Positions 60,778 through 64,000 of a stretch of DNA of 64,000 nucleotides are shown here, piece after piece. Position 1 is the stretch's first letter, and every line of letters starts with the position of its first letter. Location: contig NC_042997.1 in assembly GCF_006345805.1 (NCBI RefSeq), positions 15,872,001 to 15,936,000 of the forward strand. The letters are read 5' to 3'. Below the pieces are notes generated by a model. That model searched no databases and was not told the DNA's origin. It saw only the letters and a list, made by a program, of their open reading frames with translations. The DNA is from Octopus sinensis (lineage: Eukaryota). Made by a program: the position numbers and the translations under genes.

Positions 60778-60902
60778 ATTATAAATAGATATATTTAAAA
60801 GGAATAATTAATAATTTTTCTCTTATGAGGATTTTAACGCTAACTACTTGATAAATTCTTATAAAGATTTTATCCTATTTTAAAATTATATATATATATA
60901 TA

Positions 60903-61232
60903 TAATGACCCCCTTCGGTCAGACACTGACCATGGGTTTGCACCTAGAGAGTTACCCTCTGAGGCACAAGTCTGGGCAAGGTTGTTTTATGGAAGACCAG
61001 TAGTCGCCCGTGCATACCGGCCTCCCCTCTCCACGTCACCGATGTTGCCCAAGGGAAAGGCAAGGGCCGATACAGGTTGGCACCTGTGACGTCGCAACTC
61101 ATTTCTACAGGTGAGTGAACTGGAGCAACGTGAAATAAAGTATCTTGCTCAAGAACACAACACGCAGCCCGGTCCGGGATTCGAGCTCACAACCTCACGA
61201 TCGTAAGCTCGACGCTCTAACCACTGAGCCAT
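60903..61232 (-). mobile_element. SINE family E
   Basis: Homologous to 10837-11130; 3' hairpin GGTCAG-TGT-CTGACC. Confidence 0.85.
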
Positions 61233-61355
61233 ATATATATATAATCAGCCGAAATTGCGAAGATGATCTGGTACTTGGCTGAGGAAAGAAAACTTCGAAT
61301 GACCCGTCCTTATTTTCTTTGTATCGTCTGTCTGGATGTTTTGTTGTTTTGCTTT

Positions 61356-61543
61356 GCGGTATTTCGTCTGCCGTTATACGTTCTGAGTTCAAATTCCGCC
61401 GAGGTCGACTTTGCCTTTCATCTTTTCGGTGTCGATTGAATAAGTACCAGTTACGCACTGGGGCCGATATAATCGACTTAATCCGTTTGCCTGTCCTTGT
61501 TTGTCCTCTCTGTGTTTAGCCCCTTGTAGGTAGTAAAGAAATA
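61356..61543 (+). mobile_element. SINE family C, headless unit
   Basis: Starts at GCGGTATTTCG; followed by TAGGTA-like tail repeats. Confidence 0.88.
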
Positions 61544-62434
61544 GGTAAGTAGGTAAATAGGTAGGTATGAAAGTTGACCTGACTACAAAATACAAAATTA
61601 CAATTCTGTAGGAGCAGTTGGGGTGAGTGCATATGTTTCATGACCTTTCACACTGTCCGTTACGCTGCCGAGGTCACGTGATAGCGGTCACGTGATAGCT
61701 TTGTTTACACTGGAAGTAGTAAGAAATGGACGTACGTAAATAGTTTGTCTATATGTATATATTACCTGACGTACCTGGTAATTCCCGGGAAAGCGGGAAT
61801 TACCAGGTCCCGTTCTCATAATTGCTTCGCTAATCCAATAACAGCAATACAAAGTATGTAGCCCTTAAAACGGTTTTTGTGCATTTACAGAGAATATCGA
61901 ACTGTCTTACACAGGATCTTGTTTTTAGGAATTCCCAATAAGTTATGATTACCCAAATTGTGAAGTCAGTTATGTAATAACAGGAAATTAGTTACCCGAT
62001 AGTAAGAATTCAAATAAAGTAGCCTCGAAAAGGGCTTTAAAGTGTTCCCAGAGTATATAGAACTTAGGAGAAATACTAATAAGGTATGCATACTAAAATC
62101 GTGAAGCATGTTACGTGATAGGGCCTAGTCAGATATGAGATAATAACGATTCAAAGTAAATATCTCTGAAAAGGGCTTTTGTGCATTCCCAGAGAATATT
62201 ACCCTCAGCGGCGCTAGTGCTGGTATATTCGTGAATAAGTCTCTTACCGAAATAAGTGGATCTTTTGTTTAGGAAAATACTATTTACTTGTTTAAGGGTT
62301 ATACTGGATAAATTGCGAAAATAACTCTAACAGTTCAAATACAAAGAAATAAGCATACTCAATTTGATTTATAGCAAATGATTTAGGAAAATGAATGTGT
62401 TATTTCCCTTGGTTGTTAAAATCTGATATATTAG

Positions 62435-62476
<42 letters not shown>

Positions 62477-62481
<5 letters not shown>

Positions 62482-62657
62482 ATCCCTTCCAGAGGCTCTA
62501 TTATCGATTTTTTTTTTCAACAATCTGAGTATGCCATGAGGTTTCCAGACATAAGTTCTACTCACGTTTCAAGTTTCATCAAAATCGATAAAACGATGTA
62601 GGAGGAGTTAGCTAACAACTCCACAAACACACCCACAGACAGAAGACATGTAGTAGA
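62477..62657 (-). mobile_element. Helitron-like 5' fragment
   Basis: A|TCTACTA start, (CTGT) run, CGATTTTGATGAAACTTG motif as in the other Helitrons; no CTAG end. Confidence 0.5.
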
Positions 62658-63039
62658 TGAATGTTTGTTGGGGTGGAGAGGTGATGCTCTTGCTGTTGTT
62701 GTTTAGCCACCAGATCAGCTCTGATCAAAGGCATTCTAGCCATTGAGCTTATAAAGGTGAGAAACCTGTAAGAATTCTATATAAATATAGCTCACCTTTC
62801 AAACCTTTGAATATCAAAAAAAAAAATAATAAAAAAACCTATTTAAGCATATAAAATTGGTAACCCGCGAATCATTTTGGAGTTTGATGTTTTTATAAGC
62901 TCCACGGCCGTTGCCATCCTCACCTATATCTACAGGTATAATATGTCCTTCTTTTCTTAAAGATCACAATGAATTATTGAATAGAGATTTTACTGCTATT
63001 TCTCATAAGCCGAGTCGCCGCATGAAAGCGCACTCATTG

Positions 63040-63070
<31 letters not shown>

Positions 63071-63399
63071 TGGTGTGTGTGTGTGTGAGTTGTTTAGACG
63101 TGGAAAGAAACTTGCGAAAAACACTCAAGTTCTGACCATCCCATCTTGTTATGGGAATGTGGGACTATTTTATCTGTGTCTTTTAAGAGGCCAGTATATG
63201 ATTGGTAGATATTTGGCTGCTATTATTAGTAGGTTCCCACGTTAGCTAAGGGTTGTATTATGTAAATTATAGAGGAAATGTGGTCATGACGTCAAGTTAT
63301 TTCTCGCACATTCCTATACATAAATACAAGAAAACACCGTAATGTTCTAGAAAAATACTCAACTAACTAAATAAATAATATTGGTTTTAAATCTTGGCT

Positions 63400-63597
63400 C
63401 AAGGCCAGCAAGTTTGGGGGGAGGGAGTAAATCGATAACATCAACTTCGATGAGCGACTAGCTCTTATTTTATCGACATCGAAAGGATGAAAGGGAAACT
63501 CGACCCCGGCTGAATTTGAACTCGGAACGTAAAGTCGGAAGAAATACTCTAAGCATTTTTTTTCCGGGAGCGGTAACGATTCTGCCAGTTCACCACC

Positions 63598-63645
<48 letters not shown>

Positions 63646-63910
63646 ATGAATAAATGATATTGACTTCAAATTTTGGGACAAAACCTGCAATTCTGGCGGA
63701 TGGATAAGTCGATTACGGCGCCGGCCAACCATTTCCGAAGGAGAGGTAAGTTGATTACATAGACCCCCAGTGATCAACTGGTACTTATTTTATCGACCCC
63801 TAAAGGATGAAAGGCAAAGTCGAACTGGGCGAAATTTGAACTCAGAACATAAAGACGGACGAAATGCTGCTAAGCATTTTGACTGACTTGCTAACGATTC
63901 TGTCACCTCA
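63400..63910 (-). mobile_element. Two diverged SINE C-related copies separated by (AAAT)n
   Basis: Core GAAAGGATGAAAGG..AAGTCGA at about 63481 and 63801. Confidence 0.7.
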
Positions 63911-64000
63911 GATAAATAAATAATATCAAAAATATATTCGCTATTCAAATTCTATTTCATTTCGTTTTGTTTTGTTTTTCAACCCTTCTTAATGCTACTT

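Overview
AT-rich, microsatellite-saturated eukaryotic DNA. The SINE and (AAT)n-flanked repeat families look like those of cephalopods, most likely Octopus; this is inference from recalled repeat families, not a database match. Most of the window is transposon-derived. It holds four tRNA-headed SINE groups (my labels A, B, C, E) with shuffled modules, non-autonomous Helitrons, a Helentron/HINE-like element, two nested mariners, Tc1/hAT/MITE derivatives, and degraded RTE, CR1-type, Tx1/L1, R4/Dong and Penelope-like retroelements. No intact host gene is certain. The best gene candidate is a minus-strand terminal exon (1951-3068) whose ~240-codon reading frame is restored exactly by excising a young SINE; a 57-nt exon at 19409-19465 would complete its transmembrane helix. 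Other highlights: an intact-looking type I hammerhead ribozyme (27955-28056), two minisatellite arrays grown from internal coding segments of retroelements (a 129-bp unit x12 inside a Penelope element; 135/167-bp units x4 inside an RTE), a SINE/LINE shared 3' stem-loop with compensatory changes, and several near-perfect foldback palindromes. All calls are by eye; no alignments or searches were run.
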